Assembly (NCBI GenBank): GCA_046538155.1
Contig: JBKHJL010000001.1
Coordinates: 426 to 64,425 of the forward strand
DNA length: 64,000 nt
DNA from: Candidatus Micrarchaeia archaeon
Lineage (GTDB): Archaea; Micrarchaeota; Micrarchaeia; Anstonellales; Bilamarchaeaceae
Direction: 5' to 3'
In this document: piece by piece, positions 19,368-27,485 of the stretch
How the letters are laid out: each line of letters starts with the position of its first letter
Numbering within the stretch: the stretch's first letter is position 1
Translations under genes and position numbers: made by a program
The notes under the pieces: model-generated
Database searches by the model: none
Told to the model about the DNA's origin: nothing
The model's input: only the letters and a program-made list of their open reading frames with translations

Positions 19368-19860
19368 ACACTCATTTCCTATGCAGAATTCGTTTTCTGC
19401 ACAGTTATCATCTGCACAGCATTCATATGGAATACAGGGTCTTCAGTCCAGAACATTGCTGCAGCAACCATTGACACCATTTGGGGCTTTGGCTCAGCAA
19501 CCGACAATTCAACCAACACAATCCCGAACGCATGCAGCCTTGATGTTGCAGGCGCAACCCCAACAGGAACCGGGAACTTTACTGGTGTTGACGGATTTGA
19601 GACCTGTGCAGTAGGTGATGGTGATGATGCAGCAAAAAGCGATGTTGCTTTCTGCGTGAACATCACCCAGGGCGGAAGCCTGTTCAACGGCCAGACCGGT
19701 GACTACGAGCTCCTTACGGCCACCGATGATGTAGCAGGAACATTTGAGACTTACCACTTCTGGCTTGAGCTGAACTAGAGGGTTCAACACCTTCTTTTTT
19801 TCTTTTATTTTCTAAGCGCGTTAAGCTAATCCTTTTAAATTTTCCTTCAGATTCACTGCC

Positions 19861-21510
19861 ATGAAAGCTTACATAGTAATCTCTTTGCTTGTTTTGGGAT
19901 TGCTGCTCGCAGGATGTCCCGGCCTTGGTGGAACCCCCACAGACCAGGAGTGCCCTGAAATCGAGCAGCCGGTTTGCGGTGCAGACGGCACAACTTATAC
20001 AAATCCGTGTTTTGCCCACAAGGCAGGAGTTAATGTAGCCCATGAGGGGCCCTGCACTGCCCCCCCTGCTGAAGAATGCTCGGACGGGGACGGAGGAAAG
20101 GATATTTTTGTTGCAGGAAGCGTCCTTGGGCCCGATGGAAATTACCAGGACGATTACTGTGTAAATCCCGGTACGGTAATGGAATATTACTGTGAAGAAG
20201 GTGAAGTTGCTTATGAAGAGCTTCCCTGCCCCGTAGGATATGTCTGCCTTAACGGGCTTTGCGAAGTTGCACCCTGCACAGATTCTGATGAGGGAATGAC
20301 ACCAGGAGAGCAGGGAACAGTAACTGCAGGGACGGAGGAAGAAACAGATTCCTGCGAAGATGAAACCACTGTAAAAGAGTTCATCTGCAGTGAAGGGGCA
20401 ATCAGTTTTGAACTGGTGGACTGCCCCCCCAGCCAGCATTGCGTTGAAGGCGCATGTGTAGAATATGAATGTGAGGATTCTGACGGAGGGGAAGACGAGC
20501 ACACCGCAGGCACAGTAACCAAAGGTGATGTTTCCCAGGAAGATGCCTGCTATAACCCCACTACAGTAAAAGAGTATTACTGTGAGGACGGGCTCGTAAA
20601 GAGCAAGAACATCCAGTGCGGAAGCGATGAGCACTGCGAGGATGGTGCATGCGTTGAAAATCCCTCCTGCTCAGACAGTGACGGAGGAAAGGACCGCTAT
20701 ACCCGGGGCACAACCACCCTTGATGACACCAGCCACACAGATACCTGCTACAGCACCGAGAGCGTGATAGAATATTACTGTGAGGATGGCGAGATACAGA
20801 ACGTAAAACTCGTGTGCGGAATCGGCTACGAGTGCTCAGGCGGAAAATGCGTTGAGGAGGAATGTGAAGAGGAAGATTTTGCAAGCGACCCCCAGAGATA
20901 CCGCATATATCATGATGATGAAGTCAAGCTTTTCGGGGGAGAGTTAATTGAACTTGAAGAGGAAAGCAACAAATTCCTGCTTGAGCTAAAGGATGTGCCC
21001 GATAATGAAAGCGCAATTTTTGCCCTCTATGAAAGTTATGGCGACTACCTGGACAACGATGATATCTGCGATAATAGGAAAGTTGAACTAGGAAACACCA
21101 GCCAGGATATTTGCGGAGAAGATGCAGACCTGGACCTTGAAGTAGTCAATGATTCCGATAATTTTGTGGAGATAAAAACAGGAAACGACTTCAACTTTGT
21201 CCAGTACCGCGTCCTTGAAGGGACAACCTATGATGGAAGCGGTTGCCCTGATGATGTTATAGAAAAGGAAACCTCCCATTTCTATCCATACCTTGATGAA
21301 GACAGGGAAGGAGACACCATAAAAGTCCTGAATGAAGAGGCAGAGATAGTTTCCATCTCCCTTGAAGATGAAGAGATTACAATAGAGCTTGACGGAGATG
21401 AGATTGATCTTGAGGACGGGAGCACCTTTGAATGCAATGACAACGATTATGAAGTGGACATTGATTTCGAAGATGAAGGCATTTCCGAATTAGTGGTGGA
21501 GAAGGACTGA
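19861..21510 (+). CDS. secreted/lipoprotein-like cysteine-rich protein: N-terminal Kazal-type domain, four ~65-aa six-Cys repeats, acidic C-terminal domain
   Basis: Signal peptide plus LLLAGCPG. Kazal pattern CPEIEQPVCGADGTTYTNPCFAHKAGVNVAHEGPC. It is followed by four repeats of the pattern CxDSDGGxD...GT...DxC...EYYCEDG...C...CxxGxC, then a D/E-rich tail. Confidence 0.8.
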   Translation: MKAYIVISLLVLGLLLAGCPGLGGTPTDQECPEIEQPVCGADGTTYTNPCFAHKAGVNVAHEGPCTAPPAEECSDGDGGKDIFVAGSVLGPDGNYQDDYCVNPGTVMEYYCEEGEVAYEELPCPVGYVCLNGLCEVAPCTDSDEGMTPGEQGTVTAGTEEETDSCEDETTVKEFICSEGAISFELVDCPPSQHCVEGACVEYECEDSDGGEDEHTAGTVTKGDVSQEDACYNPTTVKEYYCEDGLVKSKNIQCGSDEHCEDGACVENPSCSDSDGGKDRYTRGTTTLDDTSHTDTCYSTESVIEYYCEDGEIQNVKLVCGIGYECSGGKCVEEECEEEDFASDPQRYRIYHDDEVKLFGGELIELEEESNKFLLELKDVPDNESAIFALYESYGDYLDNDDICDNRKVELGNTSQDICGEDADLDLEVVNDSDNFVEIKTGNDFNFVQYRVLEGTTYDGSGCPDDVIEKETSHFYPYLDEDREGDTIKVLNEEAEIVSISLEDEEITIELDGDEIDLEDGSTFECNDNDYEVDIDFEDEGISELVVEKD

Positions 21511-21523
21511 GCTCCTCTCCCCT

Positions 21524-22585
21524 TTATCTTCCTTTTTCAAGCATTTCCCCTATTCTACCTATAAAGTAAGAATAGGATATCCATTTTTCCCCAGAGTCTA
21601 TATGAATGTCTTCTCCATCTATATAGACTTCAACGAATCCCCAGCCTTCAACCAGGTAATTTTCGTCCTCCCAGTAGACCTCCCCAATATATGAGCCTTC
21701 CTGGGGCTCAAACAGTTTTTCCCCGGAAACAAGTGCGCAGTGCCCATAACCGGAAGTAACCGGAAAGCAGGCAACCTCCACATCTTCCACGTCCGCATAA
21801 ACTTTTTCATTTGAATAATAGTATACAACCCCGTCATCCTCATAAACTTCCATGTATCCGCTTTTGGAAAAATCCACAAGTGCAAGCTCATCAATTCCTT
21901 CTTCCCTCTCCAGCTCGTTTATGATTGCCTTAACGAATATGGACCAGTCCTCGCAGTCCCCTCCTTCATCCGCCTCAAATTCTTCCAGGGATTTTATGTA
22001 GTCCTTCCCCTCGCTTTTGTAGGAAAAACCCTGCTCCTCAAGCATAATGGAAACACAGGGCATGTTCAGGGTGTCCCCTTCCACGCACTTTGTTTCAATA
22101 TGGGAAAGGAAGCCCCTGGTTTCTCCCCCAAAATCAGCATTCTCGGTGTACCAGTACATCTTTTCTTCCAGCTCTGCCTCAAAGTCTTCCATCTCTCCAA
22201 GAAGGGACTCGTATTCACCACTTTTCTGCTCGTATTCTTCCTGCAGGCTTATGTATTTCTCCTGAAACTGCTCAAATTCATCTTCAACTGCCCCCACTCT
22301 CTCCTTTGTGGCATTAAGTTCAGCACCAAGCCCGGAAAACCCTTCTTCCATTTCATTTTCCAGCCGGGAATCCGCATACTCAAGCTGGCTCTTTATGCTG
22401 GATAAGCGGGCATCCTGGGCTTCAAGTTCCCCTTCTGCTTCCTCCAGCCGGGATTCAGCAGCCTCAAGCTCCACACGAAGGCCGGAGTTCTCTTGTTTCA
22501 GCTTCTCAATCTGGGCAAGGTTGTAAATACAGAACAAAAGCAGAAAAAAACAGAATACAGCAGAAACCACCCAGCCCTTTTCCAT
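21524..22585 (-). CDS. membrane-anchored coiled-coil protein with putative transglutaminase/papain-like Cys-His domain
   Basis: N-terminal TM (VVSAVFCFFLLLFCIY), a ~130 aa coiled coil, and a C-terminal domain with GGDCEDWSIFVKA (a Gly-x-Cys-x-Asp-aromatic motif like the transglutaminase-like catalytic Cys) and a downstream GYGHC His. Tentative. Confidence 0.45.
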   Translation of the reverse strand: MEKGWVVSAVFCFFLLLFCIYNLAQIEKLKQENSGLRVELEAAESRLEEAEGELEAQDARLSSIKSQLEYADSRLENEMEEGFSGLGAELNATKERVGAVEDEFEQFQEKYISLQEEYEQKSGEYESLLGEMEDFEAELEEKMYWYTENADFGGETRGFLSHIETKCVEGDTLNMPCVSIMLEEQGFSYKSEGKDYIKSLEEFEADEGGDCEDWSIFVKAIINELEREEGIDELALVDFSKSGYMEVYEDDGVVYYYSNEKVYADVEDVEVACFPVTSGYGHCALVSGEKLFEPQEGSYIGEVYWEDENYLVEGWGFVEVYIDGEDIHIDSGEKWISYSYFIGRIGEMLEKGR

Positions 22586-22621
22586 GCGTTGATGTTTTGC
22601 TTTAACAATTAAATATGTTTT

Positions 22622-23179
22622 CTATTCCTGCTTCCTCGCCTTGCTCCTCGCATCATCTACAGAAGCAAGCCAGGAATCCCCTATTTTCATGAAATAGTTC
22701 CCAAATGTCTTGCTCAGGGAAACCTTCATCGGCCGGTATTTCCTCATGCTCTCCCTGGCCACGATGGTTTCCCTCTCAACCTTAATCATCCCCACCCTCT
22801 TCAGCCGGGGGAGCACCCGGTTGTAAAAGGTTGCTTTTGAAATTCCCTTTTCAGAAAGAAATTTGCCTATATCCCCCCCGTCCATGTTGAGTTTTTCCGA
22901 AAGCTCCCGAATGAATTCCAGGGCAATCTCATAATATTTGGGCTGGTATCTTTTTGAAAACACAAAATTAACTATCTCTTCCAGGCTCCAGAGGTTCCTT
23001 GTGGGATTCTCGGAATTGTCCTGGAAACTGCGCAGCTCAGGGCTGTTGTATGGGGGGAGGTAAATGGATTCCGAAGAAGGAACGCCCCGGGGTATCCTTT
23101 TTTCTCCCGCCATCACATCATCCGAATATGTCGCCCATTCCGCTTGCCGCCTTTTCTTCCTCCTCGGCAATAATTTCAA
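22622..23179 (-). CDS. winged-helix transcriptional regulator (hypothetical)
   Basis: The C-terminal half has an HTH-like segment DIGKFLSEKGISKATFYNRVLPRLKRVGMIKV. The true start is possibly the downstream Met (MAGEKRIP), which avoids overlap with the upstream ORF. Confidence 0.45.
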   Translation of the reverse strand: MKLLPRRKKRRQAEWATYSDDVMAGEKRIPRGVPSSESIYLPPYNSPELRSFQDNSENPTRNLWSLEEIVNFVFSKRYQPKYYEIALEFIRELSEKLNMDGGDIGKFLSEKGISKATFYNRVLPRLKRVGMIKVERETIVARESMRKYRPMKVSLSKTFGNYFMKIGDSWLASVDDARSKARKQE

Positions 23180-23477
23180 TTATCTTTTTTTCCGTATCCT
23201 CAGGAACTTCTGTTTTGAGTTCCCCAAGCTTCCCCCCTGCACCTTCTACTTTTTCATCTTCCCCGGAAACATAGAGATAAAGCATATCCTCCTTTCCCCC
23301 AACCTGGGCCCCCTCTTTAAGCTTGTAGCCCATCATTGCAAAGCTCCCTTTTTCATAAGGGTCTTTTTCCAGGATTTCCAGGAGTTCTTTTTTTCTCTCA
23401 AGCGGTATTCCAAACACTTTTTTCATCGTATCATTCCTCTTTTTTGTGGTGGTGCACATGGGGCATGTATTTCCCAT
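23118..23477 (-). CDS. hypothetical acidic small protein
   Basis: 119-aa ORF with a Glu/Lys-rich C-terminus. No motif recognised. The start is uncertain. Confidence 0.3.
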   Translation of the reverse strand: MGNTCPMCTTTKKRNDTMKKVFGIPLERKKELLEILEKDPYEKGSFAMMGYKLKEGAQVGGKEDMLYLYVSGEDEKVEGAGGKLGELKTEVPEDTEKKIIEIIAEEEEKAASGMGDIFG

Positions 23478-24213
23478 CTTCGTTCAGGAACCCCATATTC
23501 CACTTCAGCATCTGTGCAATGAATTCCAGAACGCTGTGCAGGCTTATATATGTTAGTGATATCCCTGCGGCAAATATTGCCCTTTCCACCAGTACCACAG
23601 GAATCAGTGCCCACCATGCCTCTGCCGGTATGCTTATGGTATAGAGGAAGGCAATCGAGCCAACAACATGCGCCTGGAAAGTCGCACCAAGGCTTTTCAA
23701 AAACAAGTGCCTTTCTGCAAACACTGTTGCAACAACCGGAATCAGCCACAGCAGGGCATAGCCCCACGCCTCCCTTCCTATCGGGTGCATCCAGAAAAGT
23801 GCCATTCCCAGCAGGGGGAGGACAATTCCGAATCTCTTGTCTTTTTTTACAACCCCGAAATAATATGCCGCGGCCAGCATAGGCAGGAACCTCAGGACAT
23901 TGAATGTACTGAGGCTGAATTCATTCAGCAGCATTTTCTGGACAACCTCTACACCCAGTATGGATACAACAGCCAGCAGGGGGTGGACAAATCCTGCCCC
24001 CACCGGGCCGATGAACTGGAAAAGGCTGAAGCTCTGGTCTTCTGCCCCAACCACATAATTAACATCTATGTTGTAGAACAGCAACGAAAGTCCGGAAAAA
24101 AGAAGCAGGAATATGCCTAATTTAATTTTTTTGTCCATACTCAAAACCAACACTATACAATTACATAAGTTATTAAAAAACTTAATCCCCAGCAGTTTAT
24201 ATGGCTGCCTCAC
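23431..24213 (-). CDS. polytopic membrane protein, unknown function
   Basis: 260 aa with about 7 TM helices and a His-rich C-terminal tail (HVHHHKKEE). Confidence 0.5.
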   Translation of the reverse strand: MRQPYKLLGIKFFNNLCNCIVLVLSMDKKIKLGIFLLLFSGLSLLFYNIDVNYVVGAEDQSFSLFQFIGPVGAGFVHPLLAVVSILGVEVVQKMLLNEFSLSTFNVLRFLPMLAAAYYFGVVKKDKRFGIVLPLLGMALFWMHPIGREAWGYALLWLIPVVATVFAERHLFLKSLGATFQAHVVGSIAFLYTISIPAEAWWALIPVVLVERAIFAAGISLTYISLHSVLEFIAQMLKWNMGFLNEDGKYMPHVHHHKKEE

Positions 24214-24839
24214 TTTCCGATGTCCTGGTGGATCTCAAGGTTTCTCCTGTTTCCGTAAAGGTTAGAGAACGTATAGAGGGCTTCAAGCTCCTCAACACCC
24301 TCCCCGAAGACGAATGGTTTTCAGAATTGTGCTTCTGCCTGCTTACTGCAAACAGCTCTGCTGAAAAGGGCATGGAGGTGCAGACAAAAATCGGGGACGG
24401 TTTCCTCACTCTCCCGGAAAAAGAGCTTTCCAGGGCACTGAAAAAGCTCGGCTACCGCTTTTTCAACAAGCGTGCCGAGTACATAGTTGGGGCCCGTGCC
24501 CATTACAAAGGGCTTAAGAAAAAGATACAGGAGCTGGCAAAAAAGGATACCCGCAAGGCAAGGGAGTGGCTTGTGGCCAACATAAAGGGGCTTGGCTACA
24601 AGGAGGCATCCCATTTTCTCCGCAATGTGGGCTACACGGATGTTGCAATCCTTGACAGGCATATTCTCAGGATTATGCACGAAAACGGCCTAATCCCCGA
24701 GTTCCCCAAAAGCCTCAACCGTGTAAAGTATCTTACTTATGAGAATACCCTGCGCCTGCTTGCTGCCAGGCTGAAGTTCTCACTCGGAGCCCTGGACCTT
24801 TATCTGTGGTACACAAAAACCGGTAGGGTTTTGAAGTAG
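24201..24839 (+). CDS. ogg: archaeal Ogg2-type 8-oxoguanine DNA glycosylase / AP lyase (HhH-GPD)
   Basis: 212 aa. HhH-GPD region KGLGYKEASHFLRNVGYTDVAILDRHILRIM, with the catalytic Asp in the VAILDRH context typical of Ogg2/N-glycosylase-DNA lyase. Confidence 0.75.
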   Translation: MAASLSDVLVDLKVSPVSVKVRERIEGFKLLNTLPEDEWFSELCFCLLTANSSAEKGMEVQTKIGDGFLTLPEKELSRALKKLGYRFFNKRAEYIVGARAHYKGLKKKIQELAKKDTRKAREWLVANIKGLGYKEASHFLRNVGYTDVAILDRHILRIMHENGLIPEFPKSLNRVKYLTYENTLRLLAARLKFSLGALDLYLWYTKTGRVLK

Positions 24840-24855
24840 GTTTAAATAGTTAATC

Positions 24856-26040
24856 GTGGTAATGTATAGGATTATGGGTAATAACTCATATGCATTGCAA
24901 ACCGCAGATATCTGCTTTCCTGCAGCAAAACCATTTTCCCATTCTGAAAAAAATGCGGAGGCCATAATGGATTCCCGTGTTTCTGCAGAATATCGGGGCA
25001 TGGGGATAAACCATTTCCTGGATTCAAAAATAGAAGAGGGGTATTCCCAGGGTTGCCTGCTTGATACGGTAGATGCACTTCACAGTGCAGGAGTGCATGC
25101 ACCACCCCATCTCGTGGACGCGCTTTACAACTCTTTTATGAACAGCGATTACCCGGATGTTCTTGTTTTTTTCGGTTCGGGCCGCGAAAACGAATTTACT
25201 CTGCAAGAGATGTCCATGATTTCAAATGCTTTCAATCGCAGCTACAGTTTTCGCCGGGAGAATGAAGGGCCTCCGCTCAGGATAGACATCCTCCCGGGAA
25301 TTCCCCTCAGCCGGACCAGAAAAGCAATGCAGGATTCCCTTTCAGGAGTTTATCTTGACCTGAATTCCCGCGGCTTCCGCCCGGTGGTGGATTTCAGCCC
25401 ACTTTTTCAGGATTTCCATCCGGGCCAGGTTCATGAGGATGTTTTCCGGATGCTTGAAGAGCATCGGGCAATACTGGTCGCATCCACTGGCCTTTCCAGG
25501 GAAGGCCCGGTCGTACTCCCCGACGGGACACCGGATGTGGATGCCGCAGATCCCCTGCTTTTGCTTAAAGTTGCCGGGAACTACCCCAAACTGGACATTG
25601 TCCTCTCGGGTTTTGGCTCTCCGGACTCCCTTGCAAATGCATATTGGAGAGAAAGAGGAGCAGAGATAAAGCATTTTGAGCATGCATTTTTCCTGATAGA
25701 TGAGTTTCCGAATGTTTATGCAGACATAAGCGGCAACCTGCACAAGGTTGCTACTCCTTCCAGGTATTCTGAAGCCACAGGAAAAGACAGAGAGTCAGGG
25801 GAGGTATTCTACCGCTCGCGCTGGGCGCTTGAAAAACTCAGGGAAAATATTGACAGGTCAACAAGGGCCAGAGGATTCCTTAAAATCCGAAATAAATTAG
25901 TGTATGGGAGCGGTTATCCTGTCACTACTTCCTCAGAACTCAAAAAGCACATCAGGATACTTGGAGAGAAAACCAACCCTTTTGGCTCGAATCCAATAAC
26001 TCCGGCTTATCGCACCCTGCGCCTGCTCAGGAAAAAATAA
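24856..26040 (+). CDS. amidohydrolase-2-like TIM-barrel metal-dependent hydrolase (tentative)
   Basis: 394 aa. The C-terminal motif KLVYGSGYPV resembles the conserved ...FGSDYP end of PF04909 amidohydrolases, and His/Asp-rich segments occur earlier. Confidence 0.4.
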   Translation: MVMYRIMGNNSYALQTADICFPAAKPFSHSEKNAEAIMDSRVSAEYRGMGINHFLDSKIEEGYSQGCLLDTVDALHSAGVHAPPHLVDALYNSFMNSDYPDVLVFFGSGRENEFTLQEMSMISNAFNRSYSFRRENEGPPLRIDILPGIPLSRTRKAMQDSLSGVYLDLNSRGFRPVVDFSPLFQDFHPGQVHEDVFRMLEEHRAILVASTGLSREGPVVLPDGTPDVDAADPLLLLKVAGNYPKLDIVLSGFGSPDSLANAYWRERGAEIKHFEHAFFLIDEFPNVYADISGNLHKVATPSRYSEATGKDRESGEVFYRSRWALEKLRENIDRSTRARGFLKIRNKLVYGSGYPVTTSSELKKHIRILGEKTNPFGSNPITPAYRTLRLLRKK

Positions 26041-26283
26041 AATGTTTAAAAACATTTTCCTCCATGAATTACAAAAACAGGTAATAGCTATGTGCTGCGC
26101 AAGGCAAAATAAGTGTGAAGTTTCCCCTGCCTGCAGCAGGTTTGCCGTGTTCTTCTTTTTTGGGGCATAGGCCCCGCTACAACAAAAATATCCCAGAATA
26201 AAAAAAATACCCATTTGCTTGATTTTTTGATATGTGTTTCCGGGGTTTCCCCGGATGTACAAAAACAGTAAAAAGGTGAAAAA

Positions 26284-26829
26284 ATGAAAAAACTTGAAAA
26301 CGCTAAACCGATGCACCCCCGGGGTGCAGGAAAAGGGCCAAACCCCATCCGGGACAAATCAGGGATGGGGGGACAGGAAGGCCTGCGCAGGAGCCACGCC
26401 GTATCTGCAATTAAGAGGGTGCTTGCCGCTTCAAAGGCGCTGCCCTCTGTGCAGAATTGCAGGGTTAATGAGCATAGCATGCTTACGGACAGGCTTTCCA
26501 TGCTCCTTGCCCGGGCCGGTGAATCCCCTGCAGAATCCGATGCTCCGGCTGCGGACAGGAAATCGCTTCTTAAAAGGACAATCAGGGCAGTAGATGCACT
26601 GCTTAGCCAGGACCCTGAAAAAACCGGGCTTTCCCGGGAGGATTCAGCTGCCCTGGCCACTCTTGGGCTTGAACTGCAAAGAAGCATTGATGCAAGTGAG
26701 TATGTAGCATGGCTTTCCAAAACCGAGCCCGCGCACATACCCCCTGAAACCGGGATGGAAGTCCCTCATGACCTGGAAGAATGGGGCAAAGGTGCAGGAA
26801 AGGGCCCGCTGGTCGGACGCGGCGTCTGA
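26284..26829 (+). CDS. hypothetical protein (GC-rich, Ala/Ser/Arg-rich)
   Basis: 181 aa. AGGTGA RBS-like element 6 nt upstream. GAGKGP motif near both termini (HPRGAGKGPNP ... GKGAGKGPLVGRGV). The antisense 216-aa ORF is low-complexity and judged spurious. Confidence 0.4.
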   Translation: MKKLENAKPMHPRGAGKGPNPIRDKSGMGGQEGLRRSHAVSAIKRVLAASKALPSVQNCRVNEHSMLTDRLSMLLARAGESPAESDAPAADRKSLLKRTIRAVDALLSQDPEKTGLSREDSAALATLGLELQRSIDASEYVAWLSKTEPAHIPPETGMEVPHDLEEWGKGAGKGPLVGRGV

Positions 26830-26915
26830 CCTCTTTTTTTCTTTTTTAAATTTTCCGTGTTTCAACCGCAACGGCTGTGTTTTTGCACCTATCGTCGTAA
26901 AACGTTTCCTTTATA

Positions 26916-26963
26916 ATACAAATTGTTGTATATGTCATGTTCTCCCAACACAATATGTTGTGT
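26916..26963. promoter_or_regulatory. two NrdR-box-like 16-bp palindromes (ATACAAATTGTTGTAT and ACACAATATGTTGTGT), centres 32 bp apart, upstream of nrdR
   Basis: Read directly. Box 2 matches the bacterial NrdR-box consensus aCaCwAtATaTwGtGt closely. The 31-32 bp centre spacing is the canonical tandem arrangement. Confidence 0.6.
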
Positions 26964-27020
26964 TTCTTCAGCCCGCTGTTATACAGCAGGAAAGGAGCAG
27001 GGAAAACGAGGCTGCTGGAT

Positions 27021-27485
27021 ATGAAATGCCCCTATTGTTCCAATATTGAAACAAAAGTTGTTGATTCCCGCCAGGTTGAGTCCAGAATACGGAGGAGGAG
27101 GGAATGCGGGAAATGCGGAAAAAGGTTCACAACATTCGAGAGGGTTGAGCTTGTAGAGCTTTATGTGATAAAGAAAAACGGGGCGCGCCAGCCGTTCAAT
27201 TCCGAAAAGCTCCGCATGAGCATCGGCAAGGCATGCGAAAAGAGGCCAATAGGGCTCTCAAAAATAGAGGAGATGGTGGACCAGGTGGAGTCCAGGTTAA
27301 GGAAGGAGGAATCCATTGAGATAAAGAGTTCCAAAATCGGCAACATCGTAATGCAGAAGCTCAGGAGGGCAGACCCGGTGGCATATATCCGGTTTGCATC
27401 TGTTTACCGGGATTTCGGGGACCTGGAAGCATTTGAGGAAACAATAGAGAAACTGAAGAAGGGTGGCAATTATGGAAGAAAATAA
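27021..27485 (+). CDS. nrdR: transcriptional repressor NrdR (Zn-ribbon + ATP-cone)
   Basis: MKCPYCSNIETKVVDSRQVESRIRRRRECGKCGKRFTTFERVE is the hallmark NrdR Zn-ribbon, followed by an ATP-cone. The annotated ORF start (26937) is probably an upstream extension. Confidence 0.9.
   Translation: MKCPYCSNIETKVVDSRQVESRIRRRRECGKCGKRFTTFERVELVELYVIKKNGARQPFNSEKLRMSIGKACEKRPIGLSKIEEMVDQVESRLRKEESIEIKSSKIGNIVMQKLRRADPVAYIRFASVYRDFGDLEAFEETIEKLKKGGNYGRK

Noticed and set aside
19362-19790. 138-aa + ORF and two minus-strand ORFs between the membrane protein gene and the Kazal gene
   Set aside because: The overlapping ORFs are mutually exclusive. None has a convincing start/RBS, signal or motif. The + ORF has a Gly/Thr/Asp-rich tail that could be real but cannot be supported. 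Left unannotated.
19714-20634. 306-aa minus-strand ORF overlapping the 5' half of the Kazal/Cys-repeat gene
   Set aside because: It is antisense to a gene with a strong domain signature. The product is Cys/Phe-rich low complexity generated by the GC-rich Cys/Asp/Gly codons on the other strand.
26088-26738. 216-aa minus-strand ORF
   Set aside because: Ser/Ala/Leu low-complexity translation. The opposite-strand ORF has an RBS-like element and more protein-like composition, but both are uncertain.
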